Below are positions 1 through 14,214 of a stretch of DNA of 64,000 nt, piece by piece. Positions within the stretch are counted from its first letter, which is position 1. The number at the start of each line of letters is the position of its first letter. The stretch is from Eledone cirrhosa (Eukaryota): positions 278,380,001 to 278,444,000 of the forward strand of contig OZ024740.1 in the NCBI GenBank assembly GCA_964016885.1. The letters are read 5' to 3'. The notes under the pieces were generated by a model. That model did no database searches. It was not told where the DNA came from and worked only from the letters and a program-made list of their open reading frames with translations. The position numbers and the translations under genes were made by a program.

Positions 1-192
1 CTTTTTCTCGATACGTAAATACTGTATATATATATATATATGTGTGTGGGTGTATATGTATGTATATGTATGTATATATATATATAAAGAAAGTTGTTTA
101 CATGTCAACACAAGAGTTCATTCTACTCACATGGCTATAAAAATGAGGCCTGTTTGCATAATTGCAAACGAATCGAATGTTATTATTAATAT

Positions 193-265
193 GGTCGATA
201 AAATAAAGTACCAGTAATGCACTGGGTGATTGCTGGCCTTGTGCCTAAAGTAGAAACAATTATTA
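193..265 (+). mobile_element. tRNA-derived SINE family 1, 3' fragment
   Basis: ggtcgataaaataaagtaccagtaatgcactggg...ggccttgtgcctaaagtagaaacaattatt matches the 3' half of the full copies (e.g. 17828-18016). Confidence 0.85.
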
Positions 266-293
266 ATATTCGAAAAACTCAGATTACATTTGT

Positions 294-350
<57 letters not shown>

Positions 351-361
351 GCGTGTGTGTG

Positions 362-396
<35 letters not shown>

Positions 397-553
397 ATCG
401 TAACCTTACTGGTTGTGGTGGGGCTGATAACGTTGTTAGAACTCAATGTGTCCTTGGAAGGATGGAAGCAGCAAGATTCGGCAGTGTGACCAGTAGTTTT
501 TGTGGTATGTGACCACCGCTTAATATGTATGAATATATATATATATATATATA

Positions 554-1266
554 TACAATATGTTGAAAGGGTAACACACTAGAGAGAGAGAGAGATCGTG
601 TGCCATCAATAAAACAGGAAAAACCACCAGTGCATGGAATCTATAACCTATGGAAGGCAGGGTAGACACACAATTATTAAAAATATGAATTAAAATGCGC
701 ATACGCACCTCTATAACTATATAACACACACGTACAAATCCAAAGAGATCTGTTTCGTCAGAAATTTGTTGACTGAAATGGGATCGCCTATGGGTCATCA
801 GCGCGTGTAAGACAATACATTCCAGACAACTCTAAGAAAATCTAAGACAACCGTCCAGCAACACGTGGCAGAGTGATGTGACAGCGTGTGTAGGACAGTG
901 AAGCAGTGGTATCTGAGGGACGAGCTGCTAGAAAGGGCAGCCCAAAAGCCACTCAAAGAAATGTGCTCAACCAAACAGAGAGAGAGAGTAAAGACTCAAC
1001 CAAACAGAGAGAGAGAGTAAAGACTGTTATAAGGAGCGAAATATCACGATAAATTAACGGAGCCATAGACTCTCGCTATTCCCCGTCAATTATGTGCTCA
1101 AAGGAAAAGGAATCCTGAGCTCTTTAAAATACAATATGTTGAAAGGGTTAACACACTAGAGAGATCGTGTGCCATCAATAAAACAGGGAAAACCACCAGT
1201 GTATGGAATCTATAACCTATGGAAGGCAGGGTTGACACACAATAATTAAAAATATAAATTAAAATG
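554..1266 (-). mobile_element. Non-coding retrozyme/Penelope-pLTR-like element: ~576-bp unit with ~140-bp terminal direct repeat, flanked by (TA)n
   Basis: 554-697 is repeated at 1130-1266; a hammerhead-like fold lies on the minus strand at 726-808; TA runs flank both sides. Confidence 0.6.
726..808 (-). ncRNA. Hammerhead-ribozyme-like motif with an extra ~21 nt before stem II
   Basis: Minus strand reads acacgcg CTGATGA [cccataggcgatcccatttca] gtca-acaaatttc-tgac GAAA cagatc-tctttg-gatttg TA cgtgtgt. Stems I and III pair, using G-U; the cleavage triplet is GUA. Confidence 0.5.
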
Positions 1267-1417
1267 TATATATATATAAGTTGAGATAAAATGAAAACGA
1301 AATTTCATTTCTCACTCTTAGTACGGCACTTACTTAAATGTAAGTATGTGTGTATACAAAGCGGCGTTATAATAAGCGTCCGCTAAACTGATACGTGCAT
1401 ATATGTATGTGTACCAG

Positions 1418-1470
<53 letters not shown>

Positions 1471-1476
<6 letters not shown>

Positions 1477-1702
1477 AGATCAAAAGATGGTTAAAGGAGT
1501 TCCATATATTTTATTATGCGCATTTCAAAAACAAACATCATCATGCAATAATATTTGTGTTTTCATCAGATAAAATAGGAGAACATGATATGAAGTCTTT
1601 TATCTGATGAAAACACAAATATTATTGCATGATGATGTTTGTTTTTGAAATGCGCATAATAAAATATATGGAACTCCTTTAACCATCTTTTGATCTTATA
1701 TT
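1471..1702. repeat. Inverted repeat (~105-bp arms) of a Penelope-pLTR-like sequence next to (TA)n
   Basis: 1471-1575 is the reverse complement of 1598-1702. Confidence 0.9.
1598..1664 (+). ncRNA. Type I hammerhead ribozyme (mirror copy on the minus strand at 1509-1575)
   Basis: ttttat CTGATGA [stem II acaaatattatt/gatgatgtttgt, fully paired with G-U] GAAA tgcgca TA ataaaa. Stem III is palindromic, as in Penelope-associated hammerheads; predicted cleavage after 1658. Confidence 0.8.
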
Positions 1703-1790
1703 ATGCATACTCCAGTCCCACAAACTGTAGAGTGCTTCTTATCCGATATCTGCATTGCTTTATTGTACTACAATAAAACTCACCTCCTAC

Positions 1791-1874
<84 letters not shown>

Positions 1875-1924
1875 TGCTACTGTACGTCTGTATACATATA
1901 TGTATGTACGTATACACACATACT

Positions 1925-2013
<89 letters not shown>

Positions 2014-2015
<2 letters not shown>

Positions 2016-2340
2016 TCATTAGATGGCATGACAACATCATAAACAAACCAATGCCACACATCTGAGCGCCGTCATCACGGGTAGAAGATTGAAGCTGGTC
2101 TGGAATGTCATACAAATCGGGGACAATATCTCATCAGCAGGGACTGCAATGACATGGTTACCAGCTGATGGGAAAAGACCAAATAGTAAGCCAAATAGGA
2201 CCTGGAGATCCACCCTAAAAGCTGAACTACGCAGCTGTGGCACAAACTCGTTTCAAGCCCCAATCCTTGCCAAGGATAGAAAAAGATGGAAGAGCATGGT
2301 GGCCCGTGGCTGTGAGGCTGGAGGAATCAGATGGCCAGAT
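2014..2340 (+). mobile_element. RTE-like LINE 3' fragment with (CA)n tail
   Basis: Translation AMTWLPADGKRPNSKPNRTWRSTL...AKDRKRWKSMV resembles the C-terminus of RTE ORFs; lies between (TA)n and (CA)n. Confidence 0.65.
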
Positions 2341-2431
2341 ACACACTCACACACACACACACACTAACACACACACACCACCCACGATGTTATGGTCATA
2401 AGTCCAACACCCTTAATATATATATATATCC

Positions 2432-2562
2432 TGAGCTGGGTTGTGTGTTGTGTTCTTGAGCAAAACACATCATTTCATGTTGCTCCAGTATACTCAACTG
2501 AAATTGGGTACCAGCAATAGCTGGGGGTTTAACCCTGCGATGGACTGGCTTCCTGTCCAGGA
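2432..2562 (+). mobile_element. SINE family 2 fragment (V-SINE-like central domain)
   Basis: gtgttcttgagcaaaacac...aaccctgcgatggactggcttcctgtccagg; the first part also matches 56533-56570. Confidence 0.5.
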
Positions 2563-2937
2563 TAAGCACCGGCCTAATGATCCACCGAGTTCGAGACAAA
2601 CTTTAGACTATATATATATATATATATATACATGTGTGTGTGTGTGTATGTATATAGCTAGTCTAAAGTTTGTCTCAACTCGGTGGATCATTAGGCCGGT
2701 GTGTGTGTATGTATGTATATGTTTATATAACCAAATGAATAATACATACAATATAGCTGTAAGTTATACGACTTTATTTTCAATTATTTGAGTCTCTTGA
2801 GAAAATTACAATAATTTTATTTTAAATATCGTTTTTAGAATTACTAGACAAACACATTATTTTTGGAATCTTCTCAATAAAATGTGATAATATTTAAATG
2901 CCAGACATGAGATAGTTAGCTTTGAAGACATATTATT

Positions 2938-2977
<40 letters not shown>

Positions 2978-2982
<5 letters not shown>

Positions 2983-3305
2983 ATACTTGGAGAGGGTCAT
3001 ATTGTTCTAATATTGCCAGAAATAATCATAAAACATTCTCACTGTTTGGTTTGGATTGGTTTTCGCTTCTGTATCTTTTATATCTCTATAGTTAATTTAT
3101 CTAACAATCAATGTTTATCATGATTGACCAACGATATATTTATATCTGTATTTTTAACCGTTGGTAAACATTGATTGCCAGATAAATTAACTATAGAGAT
3201 ATAAAACTTACAGAACCGAAAACCAATCCGAACCAAACAGTGAGTGTTTTTAATTATTATTTATGGCAATATTATAACAATATGACCCCTCTCAAGTATA
3301 ACAAT
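2978..3305. repeat. Imperfect inverted repeat (~145-bp arms) next to (TA)n; family also at 18101-18300
   Basis: ttgttatacttggagagggtcatattg... versus ...caatatgacccctctcaagtataacaa. Confidence 0.8.
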
Positions 3306-3373
3306 ATTTCTTTCAACACACGATTTCATATCAAAGACCTTGCAAAACAAATATATATATATATATATATATA

Positions 3374-3479
3374 TGGATCTCGGGTAAAATTCAGAGATCC
3401 ATGGAGGACGAGTTCTCTCCAACGGTCTCTGTCGTTCATCATTGCCTCTATGTCACGCGTCCCCCAGAGCCCATTCATT

Positions 3480-3482
<3 letters not shown>
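3374..3482 (-). mobile_element. RTE-like LINE extreme 3' fragment in (TA)n
   Basis: Reverse complement matches 58245-58310 (gacagagaccg.tggagagaactcgtcc..atggatctc..gaattttacccg). Confidence 0.7.
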
Positions 3483-3529
<47 letters not shown>

Positions 3530-3556
3530 TTTATAAACGTTTGAATTTGTAAAGCC

Positions 3557-4285
3557 AAACAATGCAGGCATGGACATAGAATAAAAATGCAAATGCAAAA
3601 GATGTTGTTGACAATTAGTCTTTTACCTTCAATTTATTTAAATGCCCTTAATTTTCGAGATATCTCTTCTTCGGAGGGAAGTAAAGCGGTTAAACCAGTG
3701 TTCTAAATAGCTTGCCAAGTCATGCTGACAGGAAATGGTATAGAGTATCTGTTCTATCTCTAATGTCAAAGAGTTAAGGTCAGGTGGATAAAGAGTAGTC
3801 TCCCTTTAAAAGGGGTTTCTTTTGTACATGTCTGTTTAAGTGTGTGGGAGAATGCGTGAATGTGTAAGTATGTGTGTCTGAGTGTGAGAAGATATGTCTA
3901 TACGTAAATGTGGGGGATAGATGTTCTCTCGTGTTAGAACTGGTCTTTGTGTGTGTATGTGTGTGTGTGTGTGAGAGAGAATAAGTGGAGGTGTAAGCGT
4001 GTGTGTCTGTGTGCGTGTGTGTGGTGGGTGTAAGTATGGGGCTAAATGCTCTATCAAGTTATAAATTGGGTGTTGACATTAGAGATAGAACGGATACTCT
4101 ATACCATTTCCTGTCAGCATGATTTGGCAAGCTATTTAGAACACTGGTTTAACCACTTTACTTCCCTCCGAAGAAGAGATATTATCTCGAAAATTAAGGA
4201 CATTTAAATAAATCTAAGGTAAAAGACTAATTGTCAACAATATCTTTTGCATTTTTATTCTATGTCCATACCTGCATTGTTTGGC
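3557..4285. repeat. Inverted repeat (~210-bp arms) of a pLTR-like sequence with a degenerate hammerhead (3645-3678 minus; 4164-4200 plus)
   Basis: 3557-3768 is the reverse complement of 4073-4285; motif ccct CCGAAGA a-gagatatctc GAAA at TA aggg. Confidence 0.7.
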
Positions 4286-4293
4286 AACTTCCT

Positions 4294-4335
<42 letters not shown>

Positions 4336-4410
4336 AGGAAGTTATAGTTTACTTGAAGCATTGTGTAATGAGGTATAAACGTTTGAATTTGTAAAGCCAT
4401 CGATATCACT

Positions 4411-5640
4411 ATGGGATCATCCGATTCCGCTCAGGTAACGGATCTTGTGGGCCTTTTTATAAATAATTCTCTATATAGAAAAATACCTGAGATGACCGGA
4501 GGTTTATATCGTGACGACATGCTATTACTTATCGAAAATAATAACTGTGAATTAAATAGGAAAAGAAAAGAAATTATACAATTGTTTAATTACCTTAATC
4601 TAAATGTAGAAATAGAGAATAACCATAAAATAGTTAACTTTCTAGATGTAACATTAAACCTTAACACATGTCTTCATTATCCATTTCACAAACTAAACGA
4701 GAACTTAAACTAATTTTAACTCTAATCACCCCAGATGCGTTAAAAATACTATAGTGAATTCTGTACAGCAACGCATCTCTAGAATTTCAGCTAATAAGAA
4801 TATATTTGATGATAAAGCACATTATTACAACGAAGCGTTAGGTAGAGCTGGATATAGAAATAAAATTAAATACATTGATAATAATAATATAACAACTAAC
4901 CATAATCTTAACAATTTTAACAACTATAATAGAAAACCTTACAATAATTCGGAAAACAAAAAAAGAAATAGAACTAGGAATATATTATGGTTCGCTCCTC
5001 CTTTCTCATTAAATATTAAAACTCCTATTGCTAAACTATTCTTTAAAGCTCTTGACAAATGCTTCCCTAGAACACATAGATATTATTCAATATTTAATAG
5101 ACATACTATAAAATTAACTTATTCATCCACCAAAAATTTAGAGCAGAATATTAATAGAATTAATAATAGAAATTTAAAACCTAACCAAAATACCACTAAT
5201 AACTCCAGCAATATCCAATTTGATAAATGTAACTGTAGAAATAAATCTAACTGTCCGTTAAATAACAATTGCTTAGCTAAAAATATAGTATATAATTGTA
5301 ATGTAAAAACTAATTTAAATTCATTTAATTATGTAGGATCTACTTCCACAGATTTTAAATCTCGTTTTAATAACCATAAAAGCTCTTTTACGCATTTAAA
5401 CAAAAAATCTTCAACTTCTCTATCTAGCTTATTATGGGACCTTAAATTAAAGAACGTTAAATATTCATTACTTTGGAATATTATTTCAAAAGCTACGCCT
5501 TTTAACTCCTCTTCAGAAAATTGTGATATTTGTATAGAGGAAATATTCTTTATATAAAAAAGCAAAAATTCCCTGAAGATACGGAGCAATCTCTTCAGTT
5601 TCTGCAGACATAGATTGAACTCAACGTTTAAATATAAATT
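4411..5640 (+). pseudogene. Penelope-like RT + C-terminal GIY-YIG endonuclease (Nematis-like by motif), with a frameshift and stops
   Basis: TMGSSDSAQVTDLVG, GLYRDD, VNFLDVTLNL, WFAPPFS, CNCRNKSNCPLNNNC, VYNCNV...YVGST...FKSRFNNHKSSF, CDICIEE; broken between 4713 and 4754 and near 5557. Confidence 0.88.
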
Positions 5641-6085
5641 TAAAATGTAATATATAATTAATTCTATTAATATATTGAAACTATCGATAAATCATTTGAT
5701 TCCTTCATTTGACTGCTTAAAACTTTCAAATATAAAAAAAAAATTTTCCTAGAAAATTTTTCTAGATAAACATACTGAAAGCTCTTAAAAGGGGAAAATA
5801 TTTTCTTTGAAAGTTTCTCCTATTTTTGAAAGTTTCTCTTTTGAAAGTTTCTCTTTCTTTTTCTTTGAAAATTTCCCATATGGTTTTAAAAATTAAGTTA
5901 AACATACTGAGAGTTAAATATTATATATGAAAGAATTTTAAATTTTTATACTGAATTTTTTAGACATATTCTTATTTTAAAATTATATCTTTAAATATTT
6001 TGTAATATTTTTTTAATTATATTGCTTTAAAGTTATATTGCTTATAATTGTAAGAATATATTTCCAAATCGTAATATAATTCATT

Positions 6086-6319
<234 letters not shown>

Positions 6320-7482
6320 CATGTCTACCGGTATGTGTATATATGTGTATGTGTATCTATGTGGGGGTTGTGTATATGTATATATGCATACAATTCGAAT
6401 GCACTCGGTTATAAGGGATTTCTTACGGTTTATGATAAACAAACTTATATAATAACAGTCACAACTACATAACAGGTGGATTTATTAGATATAAAATTTA
6501 TAAAATTTATTAAATAATATAAGATTTGTATAATAACATAAGGTTTGTATAATCTTAAATTTTCTTTATTATCTTAACATTTATAACATTTAATATAAGT
6601 AAATAACTTAATTTCCTTCACGCTGTTATGCTATTACATAGAAATGATTTTCTCCGGTTTTTTCTCCGGTTTCTCCGAAAAATCTATAAGTTTAGAAAAA
6701 TTCCTATATCTTAATCATAAAAAGTCCTTTATTGTATATATGTATATGTATGTATGTGTAGGTATATATATATATATTTATATGTATATATATATGTGTG
6801 CGTATGTATATATATGAATATATTCTTTTAATAATATATAGATTTTTTAATAATATATAGTTTTAATAATATATAGAATTTTTAATAATATATAGATCTC
6901 AATTTTAATGTATAGATCTCAATAATTTAATTGATAATTTAATTGATAAACTAAACATTTAATCATATTTAAACACTGGTTAAAATTCTCCAGTTATTAT
7001 TATTTATTTACTATTCACGCTTATTTACTCTTCTTTACTCATCCAATAAATATTTATTTTTACACTTCATCTTAAAAGTTACGCTAATACAACAACCTAT
7101 AACTTAGAGCTTTCTCTTTCTCTTTCTCTTTTTCTCTTTTCTTTTTTCTTCTTTTTCTCTTTCTCTTTTTCTTGTTTTCTAATTTTCCTCTTAGAGTTTG
7201 ATCTTTTTTTTCTCTTTTTTTTCTCTTTTTTTCCCTTTTTTTTCTCTTTTTTTTCTCTTTTTTTTCTCTTTTTTTTCTCTTTTTTTTCTCTTTTTTCTCT
7301 TTCTTTTCTTTCCCTTTCTCCATACCCCAACGGCTTATTTTAAATCTACTGTGATTTAAACATATCCGACATTAATTTGCATAATAGAATAAATAAACTT
7401 ATAACTCCACTATCCGGGAGCTTCCAACAGAGATGGTCGCATTCTTTAATGGTATGTCAATATTTATTTATAAAACTGATCT

Positions 7483-7557
7483 ATATTTATTTTATCTGAT
7501 GAAAGCACACCATAATTTAAGTTTGTGTCCTTGAAATATGTATAATGAAATAAATAT
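7483..7557 (+). ncRNA. Type I hammerhead ribozyme in the Penelope 3' pLTR
   Basis: 13-bp stem I (atatttattttat / atgaaataaatat), CTGATGA, stem II aagcacac/gtgtcctt, GAAA, tatgta, AUA triplet (cleavage after 7544); similar to 1598-1664. Confidence 0.85.
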
Positions 7558-7678
7558 GGTTTTATAAATATAGTTTCCATTTGTTAATAGATCGTATTTT
7601 TACTCCAATAATTTGTTGAGTGCTTTATATCAGTTATAAAAATATTTGCTTGTTGTATCCCAACAATTTAAATAGAAA

Positions 7679-7722
<44 letters not shown>

Positions 7723-8309
7723 AGGAAAAATAACAAAACATAGACAGGAGGCCGAAATAAAAAAGAGGCGCTGTAAAACGAAAACGAGACGGTAGTGAAT
7801 ATATGAAAAATGATTATTTAACCCGTTAAGTTAAATCACACCGTGAGTTGAAATTCGTTTAGAAATCAGTCATATCTTGAGGGTGATTTTATTCCAGCTA
7901 TCAACCGCGGCAATTCTGTCTGTTGTATAGTGTAATTGAGTGCGCTTAACTTCTCCAGTTTATTCTCTTCTAACAATCTCTAATTAATTTCTATTCATTT
8001 CTCTCTGTTACTGATTAAATAATCGATATGAAAACGTTGATGTTATATCTTATTTGAATCAAGAAAGAAATGTTAGTCTTTAGAAAAATGAATCATCAGG
8101 TTCTAAAGTCACAAACAGCATCAAAAAATAAAATGTGATGCGAATTTATATTTTTCAGTTTGTAAACAAAAGCTTCTTATCAAAATATCATCTAACCAGC
8201 CTACATGATGGTAAATATAACTATAATTGATTTAGAAGGTGAAATGAAATATGTCAGAGACTCCACCGACACTGTCAATCAACAGTAATCATAACAAAAA
8301 TAATGATGA

Positions 8310-8500
8310 GGCCAGCAATTTGGGGGCAGGAGAAAGTCGATTAAATCGATCCCAGTGCGTGACTGGGTACTTCATTTTATCGACCCCGTAAGGATGAAAG
8401 GCAAAGTTAACATCGGTGGGATTTGAACTCAGACCGTAAAGGACCTTAATTCTATGCTGCAAAGCATGGTGTTCGACTCTCTACCGATACTGCCAATCCA
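8310..8500 (-). mobile_element. SINE family 1 (long variant)
   Basis: Reverse-complement A box tggcagtatcgg, B box gagttcaaatccc and central cctttcatcct..ggggtcgataaaat. Confidence 0.85.
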
Positions 8501-8990
8501 CAGACCTTGATAAAAATAATAATACTCGTAGTTATAATAAATAAGTAAATATTTTCAGAGAAAGGACTAAGTTGGGCTAATCGTTAACATATATAAGTAT
8601 GCACTGTGGATGCATGCTGGTGTGGATGTAAGCGTTAACGAAAATATATGTATGAAAATTATACAAACATGCACGCACACCAACACACACACACACGTAC
8701 AGACACACACACACACACACATACACATATATATATATTTTCGTTAACGCTTTTGTTATTTTGAAAAAAATTCTGCTCGTGTGCCCGGCATACATATGTA
8801 TATGTATAGATATGTATGCCGGGCACACGAGCAGAAGGACATGTGTTTTTTCCTGCTGGCAGCATATCAATAAATCGGAATCTCTGAGGATACAGTTCTC
8901 ATAACAACAACAAATGCATGAAGGACTTCTCGATTGCATGGAGCCCCGTGGAAATAATTATAGTGATTATACGATTTATGTAATATTAGC

Positions 8991-9080
<90 letters not shown>

Positions 9081-9083
<3 letters not shown>

Positions 9084-9224
9084 AACAAGTAAGACCCCGT
9101 CGAAACGGCTTGAGCTCAGCCGTCGGGGTCTTACTTGTTCCTATTACCCACTCTACTACCCTAAGTATTGAGTACTTTTGGTGCGTTATGGTCCACCTGG
9201 TTCCTTACCACATTTCCTTCGTTA
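9081..9224 (+). mobile_element. (TA)n-anchored pLTR-like family H (also at 56234-56423, 58338-58526, 59306-59503)
   Basis: Shared cgaaacggcttgagctcagccgtcggggtc...ccacatttccttcgtt(ta)n, with a short 5' inversion. Confidence 0.8.
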
Positions 9225-9263
9225 TATATATATATATATATATATATAGTTTTAATATAGATG

Positions 9264-9314
9264 AGATTCTACAGGACTAGAACTGTTTCATTCTTTAGAA
9301 ATCATCAGGAATCT
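9264..9314 (-). ncRNA. Hammerhead-like motif within the 9248-9373 hairpin
   Basis: Minus strand reads agattc CTGATGA t-ttct-aa-agaa-t GAAA cag-ttctagtc-ctg TA gaatct; stem II closing pair is mismatched. Confidence 0.6.
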
Positions 9315-9439
9315 GATGATTTCTAAAGAATAAAACAGTTCTAGTCCTGTAGAATCTCATCTATATTAAAACTTTTATACTCTGCAATGTATTGAGTACC
9401 TTACTTACTGTGGTTACCTCCGATTCAACCCGGAATAAC

Positions 9440-10016
<577 letters not shown>

Positions 10017-10834
10017 CCGAAGAGATTGTTTTCGTAAAAACAGGAGCAAGCAGGAGAAAGCTCTCAACAATCACAGTTTTTAGTTACAATGGAGATTTTT
10101 AGAAAAATAACAAAATAAAATGCTGATGTTACATAAATCGTATAATCACTATAATTATTTCCACGGTTCTCCATGCAATCGAGAAGTCCTTCATGCATTT
10201 GTTGTTGTTATGAGAACGGTATCCTCGATATTCCGATTTATTGATATGCTGCCAGCAGGAAAAAAACACATGTCCTTCTGCTCGTGTTCCCGGCATACAT
10301 ATCTATACATATACATATGTATGCCGGGCACACGAGCAGAATTTTCAAAATAGCAAAATTTTCAAAGCAAAATTTTGTTCTTCCAGCTTCGGCTAATGGT
10401 GTAATTCTCCTTCCATACATTTCGCTCATCTCAAAAGAACGTCCTCATGGGCTACCCTTATGTCTTTCTATTTTCAAAAGGCAATATTTTGTCGTGATTT
10501 TTCTTTTAATATTTACTTCTGAGTCTACAGATTGATATTCTTTCAGTTTCAGATGATCTCTCTTAGGGTGAGAGCAGAAATTATTTGTTTAAACTTTAAT
10601 AATAGTAAATATACATAAATATGTATGTGTTTAAGTATTTGTACTGCAAGATTCTTGATGTGAAATCGTGTGTTGAAACATTTATTGTTATATTTGGGGA
10701 TGGTCTTGTTGCCAGTAGAAACACACGCACCATATAATTTTCACTTTACTTTTATTGTTCATTATTCATTTGTTTATCAAAGTTCTTTCGTGACACATTC
10801 TTTGTCACACATTCTTTGACCTACTCAATGATTA

Positions 10835-11275
10835 TCTGTTTTCTGCCTTAATTGGACCTGCTGTGGAAGGTTGTGCAGGAGTATGGGGTCGATGGTCAGC
10901 TTCTTACTGCCCTAATGTTTCTATACAAATGCCCGAATATTTCCGTTCGGATAAATGATGCTAAATCGAAACCATTTAATGTGGGAGTTGGACTCCGCCC
11001 AGACTACGTACTGTCACACATCCTGTTCACTATTTTCATGAACAGGATTGACATGCATAGCTGGTGATCTACGACTTGCACTCGATAGGTTTGATATCGA
11101 GTGCTACATGACTGGAATGTAAATGAGTGCTGCGAAAAGTGAGACATTCAACCTCTCTAGGTAGCCTACCCAGTTCACTCTACATATGAATGGATTTCCA
11201 CTGAAGCAGATGGAAAAGTTCAAGTATTTTGGGGCCATGTTCACGAATGATGGAAGGCAAAAGGTTGAAATATAA
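10835..11275 (+). mobile_element. RTE-clade RT fragment, decayed
   Basis: LWKVVQEYGVDGQLL...SVRINDAKSKPFNVGVGLRPDYVLSHILFTIFMNRI, later PLKQMEKFKYFGAMFTNDGR. Confidence 0.75.
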
Positions 11276-12937
11276 AGAGAGAAAGAATTGTGTGCGTATG
11301 TCAAATAAATTTGTAGTATGTGCGCTGCATGAGGTAACTGTATTGTCTACTTAAAATAGACAAGGAAATGGACATCCGTCACTTTCGACGATGAGTGGTC
11401 CAGTTGTTCGATCAACAGAACGATCTGCTCGTGAAAATAACATGGTAGTGGCTGAGCATTCCACAGACTAATCTACCCATAAAATAATTCCCATGGAAAT
11501 TCAGCGTGACGTAGTTTATGACAAAACTGGTCCCTTAAATTAAAGATACACTTCATCCGACAGGGTTCCAAATACTTTCCATCTACTCAATTTCACTCAC
11601 AAGGCATGGATCGACCCCAAGCTTTGGTAAATATCACTTGTCTAAGATGCAACGCAGTCGGATCAAATCTGAGACTCAATCATTGCGAAGTGAACTCGTC
11701 AACCATTCGGCTACGTTACATCCAAAATAACTTATATAATGATAATGGTAGCATTATCAATTGGTTCTGGAGATAACAGAAAAAAAAGTTTATAAATTAT
11801 TGATTTCATCTCCGGAGGAATTCTAATATTTTCATTTTAGAAGAGGGATGTCACTTTATAAAATAGATGATTAGCAGATCACTATTCTTATCGACAAGTT
11901 TGTTATTGCAGTCTGTTGTCTCATTGGTACCATTCTGTTATTTTGATATCCTAAAAAGCGTTTTTGGCGTTGTCTTGACAGCTGATTTTCGCCAACTTAC
12001 TTTTTCTGAGTAACTTGAAAAAATAAAATTATGCCTGTGAGTTTGTTGTTGGCCAAAATATTATGCAAATACAGTTTTTTCATGTGCAGCTTCACGTTTT
12101 AATACAAGCATGTGGTGCTTTTTTATCGACCTCGAGAGCATGAAAGGCAAAGTTGACCTCGATGGGACCTGAACTCAGAGAGCCACAACGAATAACGAAA
12201 AGCATTGTAACCAACATTTTACCGACTCTTCCAATTACACTACAATTTATATATATATATATATTGTAATTTGGTAAAGAATATCTAAAGTTGGAAGAGC
12301 ACTCAATCCGTAAGAAAAGTATGGTATACAGATATTTATTACTCTAAATATACTGTCATTTAGGTAGGTACACATATTTCTGTGGCTGACCATTTCAGAT
12401 GTTTCTGAATCAACCCCAAATCATCATGTTGTGTAATTGTGTTATTTTCCTTCGAGTGTGAAAGAGTTCCACAAAGGTAACTAAAATTGGTAATAAATAT
12501 AAAGAGAGAGGTGATTAGATATATACAGAGGTAAAATATGTATTGGTTTAACGCTTGATATCGCAGGAAATCTTAACGTTTCGGACGTTAGTCTTTCATT
12601 GGAAGATAGAGTGAGAGAGAGGAAATAGAAGATAGGCGGGAGTAAGAAAAGAAAGAAACGGAATATATTTTACAACCGAAAACAGGTCTGATGTTAGTCA
12701 ACTATTTTGGATAAAGGCAAAGTAAAATGTAACTCAGTTACTTTTTATCGTGTGGGTGTGTCTTGTGTGTGTGTGTGTGTGTACAAAGCTGGGAAAATAT
12801 GGTTGTTGTGATGAGAAAGAGAAATACATATCTATATATGAATAAATATATATATATGTATGTATATGTGTGCACGTGTACGCAGATATATATGTAAATA
12901 TATGCATAAATACATACACACAGACATATATGTTTGC

Positions 12938-12942
<5 letters not shown>

Positions 12943-12978
<36 letters not shown>

Positions 12979-12988
12979 GACGGTGGTG

Positions 12989-13049
<61 letters not shown>
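12943..13049. repeat. (GTA)n/(GGT)n trinucleotide repeat
   Basis: Directly visible. Confidence 0.95.
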
Positions 13050-13050
<1 letters not shown>

Positions 13051-13539
13051 TTGTGTGTACACTATATCAGCCACAATCAAAATAATATACACAAAATACG
13101 ATTAGGTCAGTTAAAATATTTGTTTAAATGAATACTTACAGCTGTTTGCAAACTTGTTTTCTTTGTTCCCTAAACGTTTCGAAGCATTGAAATTAAAAAG
13201 GAAATATATCGCCAGTATGAGAAGACGGGTGGTCCGCGTTTGATTTGCTCACTGTGGAGCATGCGTACGGTTTGGTTTGGCGTACAGATTGACGTTCCAT
13301 TTAGAGTGTTTGCAGAGTGTTTGTGGACTGATTGGAGTATTAACGGTCTTATTTACGTATATATTCTATAAACAATGGTATATATGGAGGGAGGTGGCGT
13401 GAGAGTCAAAATGTAAGTAGATGACATGATAAGTAGGTGCAGCTAAGACCTGTCAATCTCTCAAAACCCGAACGGCGACAACCATGAAAAAAAGTGTCCC
13501 TGGACGTGGAGAAATGGGGCAAAATGTGGAGATTTTACA

Positions 13540-13717
13540 TAATTGTCTCTACTTTAGGCACAAGGCCAGCAATTACCCAGTGCATTACTGCACTTTATTT
13601 TATCGACCCCGTAAGGATGAAAGGCAAAGTCAACCTCGGCGGGATTTGAACTCAGATCGTAAAGGGACGTAACTATGCTGGAAAGCATGGCGTCCGACCC
13701 TCTACTGATACTGCCAT
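13540..13717 (-). mobile_element. SINE family 1
   Basis: Full consensus match on the minus strand. Confidence 0.9.
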
Positions 13718-14127
13718 TTACATAATAAAAGTTATACCCATTTTCACAAGAGAAGATATCTCTCCCCCACCCCAAAATGGGTGGGAGATCTAACCATCGG
13801 ACGGGGAGAGTTGACAAGTTGACTTCGATACGTTTGTAGCTCAACACTATTCTTGAGAAGCTGAGCTTTACAGAACCATATAGAAACATATGTATATGTG
13901 CATATATAACCCATACATACAGATCCACACTTGCGTCGACATCCATACCTACACACACACATACATACACACACACACACATACACACACACACACATAC
14001 ACACACACATACATACACTCATACTCACATCGCCACCCACACCAATGATAGACTTTTGTTTCTGTGTTAGAAAACAAATTTTACAAAATAAAACCAGGAC
14101 ATACATACATATATCTACAAAGTTGCG

Positions 14128-14214
<87 letters not shown>

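Noticed and set aside
7084-7330. Lys/Glu/Arg-rich minus-strand ORFs
   Set aside because: Translation of a polypyrimidine low-complexity tract in the Penelope 3' region
8884-8932. CTGAGGA...GAAG in the 235-bp inverted repeat
   Set aside because: No credible stem II or GAAA, and the second copy lacks the core
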